DNA of 10,255 nt from Verrucomicrobiota bacterium (GTDB lineage: Bacteria; Verrucomicrobiota; Verrucomicrobiia; Limisphaerales; CANJXF01). The position numbers and the translations under genes are program-made. Positions 9,001 through 10,255 of this stretch are shown one piece after another. Under the pieces are notes generated by a model. It did no database searches. It was not told the origin of the DNA and saw nothing but the letters and a program-made list of their open reading frames with translations. The DNA lies in contig JBBQRQ010000133.1 of the NCBI GenBank assembly GCA_038214755.1, forward strand, positions 1 through 10,255. The letters are read 5' to 3'. Within the stretch, counting starts at the first letter, position 1; each line of letters opens with the position of its first letter.

Positions 9001-9095
9001 GCGCGTCGCTTGACCGCCAAATTGACGCGCTCGTTTACGAACTCTACGCCTTAACGGAAGTCGAAATCAAAATCGTGGAAGGAAACGTGGCATGA
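6072..9095 (+). CDS. Type IIG restriction-modification enzyme (fused PD-(D/E)XK endonuclease, N6-adenine methyltransferase and target-recognition domain; Eco57I/TaqI-like)
   Basis: ATG at 6072 gives 1007 aa; the track extends it to a TTG at 6039. N-terminal nuclease: E..R.DFIDKFW.ALGWD...RADY...VEAKK. MTase motifs: LGSIYERFLG, GGVYYTP, DIACGSGSFL (motif I, ~7278), IYGVDID, GFDAIVGNPPY (motif IV, ~7920). TRD region: PLLRGDDVKRY and ACINSK. C-terminal helical tail: DRQIDALVYELYALTEVEIKIVEG. Confidence 0.95.
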   Translation: MSQSNFDTALARVKELVADFRANENFYLSPAYQEQEARRDFIDKFWMALGWDINHDTQKNPYEQEVKVERKEHGVSQRRADYAFYLMPNYRDVKFYVEAKKPHGDIATADNYFQTVRYGWNSQTPIAVLNDFEQFEIVDCRFEANIDTALSRNIRKFHFSDYENAGKFAEIYWLFSREAVASNSIEKFVATLPRKLPKNAQPGDVDEKFLKELDEHREHLARAFKNQNPDLEGECLTELTQRTLDRLVFLRFLEDKAIEPQNRIAHFGEKGTAWQDFIAESRRLDGIYNGIVYKKHGILDSPDFKIAEKDFAEICGRFSHKNSPYDFNAIPIHILGSIYERFLGKVITTTDKRAKVEEKPEVRKAGGVYYTPDYIVRYIVENTVGKLIEGKTPAQISEMRFADIACGSGSFLLGVYDYLLRYHTKYYTENRSKMKSSKGKKADKADCVEREDGLHLTLEKKRDILQNNIYGVDIDAQAVEVAQLSLYLKLLQDETPASARQYYLDFEQQALLPSLSKNIVCGNSLIGTDILDGQLFERTEERKLNPMNFEDAFPQIFKRKPWGELRETASPMDFDMPGVPLHGSFSYKKMKNAPSLKVSPPPVEPEFEGGFDAIVGNPPYVRPHNLDAITKQYFWKHYPTFTHKSDLYCCFMEKATALLKPGGRFSYIVSQGWLRLNSFQELRRFILGNHRVIELIELPYNVFTEAQVSTGMFVFEKGKADKTHAMAILRARQIHGGAEFETLRKIPQQTFLTTFQNVFDISISPETEAVKDKMRLGTVIGENFDICFGLKTAADDKFLHHSEGLHREDKPLLRGDDVKRYETKYKGEFVWYVPQKMRANKTTARPGEPRRFEQPKILVKDTSTDFACTYDAEKFYVKDVLIVIPKTDEPCQFDLRFVAACINSKALHFYYRTTFQTLHVQSEELASLPLPKIEFSKANDEQRHDRMVQMVEQMLEARKCLASAQTDKDKTYFENKCASLDRQIDALVYELYALTEVEIKIVEGNVA

Positions 9096-9234
9096 AATTA
9101 CCAGCCGCTTTGGAATCAAAATAGATCACCGAAACTATTTAGAGTGACCTCCGATGCCAGACAATAAGAAAAGAACTTTTACCGCGCGGCGACTGGCATT
9201 CTAATCCTTTTTTGCCCGCGATGTTCAAAAAGTT

Positions 9235-9753
9235 TTGGAACGTCAAAGAACGCTTCCCCCATTCAAATTCTCTAAAGGACAGAGGCAATTTCTTCTCGCG
9301 TGGCCGATTCTTGCCTACGAAATGACTGTCGAGCTTGCTTCCGCGGTAACTGGTATTCAAAAGCATACGGATTGGGTTTGGTGCTACCACTTAGATCGAC
9401 AGTTTTGTGCTGACTTACTGGCCTCCATAACTCGCTTCGTTCATCTTCCAAAAGAAAAATGGAACCTAAATCGCGCTTTGTCGGAATTTGCAAACACGCT
9501 TTCCGGCACTTTTTTTGATGAACCGCATGAACTCCTTTCTTGGAAAGATGTTGTTGAATATATCGAATTAAATTGTCCGCATTTGAAAAGTGCTTGGCTT
9601 TCTGGAGAACGCCTCCGAAAAAAAGAATTTTACACTGAGAAAAAGAGACGCTTTGCGATTTTGAAACATTGGAGTGCGAACATCGACGCGAGAAACAAGT
9701 ATGGGCTAAAGGATTGGTATGACCGAATGCCCTGTTTGCCATGCTCGGAATAA
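9235..9753 (+). CDS. Hypothetical protein (start uncertain)
   Basis: 172-codon open frame, co-oriented between the RM gene and the DUF3800-like gene, with protein-like composition. I do not recognise a family. Possible starts are TTG 9235 or an internal ATG (~9322). Confidence 0.55.
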   Translation: MERQRTLPPFKFSKGQRQFLLAWPILAYEMTVELASAVTGIQKHTDWVWCYHLDRQFCADLLASITRFVHLPKEKWNLNRALSEFANTLSGTFFDEPHELLSWKDVVEYIELNCPHLKSAWLSGERLRKKEFYTEKKRRFAILKHWSANIDARNKYGLKDWYDRMPCLPCSE

Positions 9754-9844
9754 TCCGTCACCAAAAACGTCGCGAAAGAGTGACGCTTCAAAGTTGGCCG
9801 CTGCGTTGAAAATTCCATTTCATACCTCTAACAAAAAATAGAAG

Positions 9845-10057
9845 ATGAAATTTACTTTAATTTGCGACGAAAGCAGCACGAGTGACCGTTATTTAATTGT
9901 CGGCGCATTAACTATCCCGCGCACAAACCACCCGATTTTATCGAAAGAATTATTGGAATTAAAACGTTCTTTGGGTTTCCACGATCAAGGAGAAATTAAA
10001 TGGGGCACGGAACAGCCCCGGTACATCGTGACCCCTCTCAGGCGGTTTACCGGCTGA
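9845..10057 (+). pseudogene. DUF3800-like protein, N-terminal fragment
   Basis: MKFTLICDESSTSDRYLIVGALTI...ELKRSLG...GEIKW matches the family pattern of an N-terminal DES, then hydrophobic-G, then EIKW. After ~10004-10010 the DNA turns GC-rich and the frame closes at 70 aa without the C-terminal QxxD motif. Confidence 0.7.
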
Positions 10058-10255
10058 GGAAAATTCAATGTATTTCTCAGAAAACATGGAACCGTTTGCG
10101 CTGTTGGTTGCGAGGATCCCGGCCCCTGGGCCGCCCAGGGGGGAAGGGCGGCTCAGGGGCCGGGGCGCGAAAAATCGCCACGAAAAATTAAAGTAATGGA
10201 CAGCGGCGTCTCACTTCAGGTGAAACAGGGGTATGATAACCAACGCCCTTGCTCC
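10004..10255. mobile_element. Possible end of an unclassified mobile element, or a rearrangement junction
   Basis: It begins where the DUF3800-like gene breaks, shows an abrupt composition shift and several hairpins, and has a possible ORF start at ATG 10233 (MITNALA...) running off the window. No transposase is visible. Confidence 0.35.
10118..10164. repeat. Long GC-rich inverted repeat (19-bp stem, 9-nt loop)
   Basis: CCCGGCCCCTGGGCCGCCC (10118-10136), loop AGGGGGGAA, then GGGCGGCTCAGGGGCCGGG (10146-10164). 18 of 19 pairs are Watson-Crick and one is G-T. Confidence 0.9.

Noticed and set aside
9272..9742. 156-aa minus-strand ORF overlapping the orphan gene
   Set aside because: Its composition is less protein-like and it runs opposite to both flanking genes. 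The plus-strand ORF is preferred, though not proven.
9756..9800. CGTCAC...GTGACG inverted repeat after the orphan ORF as a possible integron attC site or terminator
   Set aside because: The stem is only 6 bp, there is no proper RYYYAAC/GTTRRRY pair or U-tract, and no integrase is present.
10002..10045. GGGG start considered as a Tn3-family 38-bp inverted repeat or a group II intron end
   Set aside because: It lacks the Tn3 internal ACGAAAA/TAAG pattern, and no intron domain V or GUGCG boundary is recognisable.

Overview
Bacterial accessory region, most likely from a PVC-superphylum (Verrucomicrobiota-like) genome; this is inferred from the protein families. Left to right: (1) an IS4-family element, with a DUF4372+DDE transposase on the minus strand (not in the supplied ORF track, runs off the window) and a terminal inverted repeat ending at 1201, inserted into and truncating a prepilin-type (FTLIELL) gene; (2) a minus-strand cluster of a secreted YncE beta-propeller/phosphoesterase, an apparently 5'-truncated propeller-like surface protein ending in an 'FFRL' module, and the prepilin-type gene; (3) a divergent, visibly more AT-rich plus-strand block with a ~1007-aa Type IIG restriction-modification fusion, an unknown ~170-aa ORF and a DUF3800-like gene broken after ~55 codons; (4) GC-rich, hairpin-bearing sequence from ~10004 to the end that may be the end of a second mobile element. 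The best candidate for a novel system is the Type IIG + unknown ORF + DUF3800 defence-like module. It is a hypothesis only.
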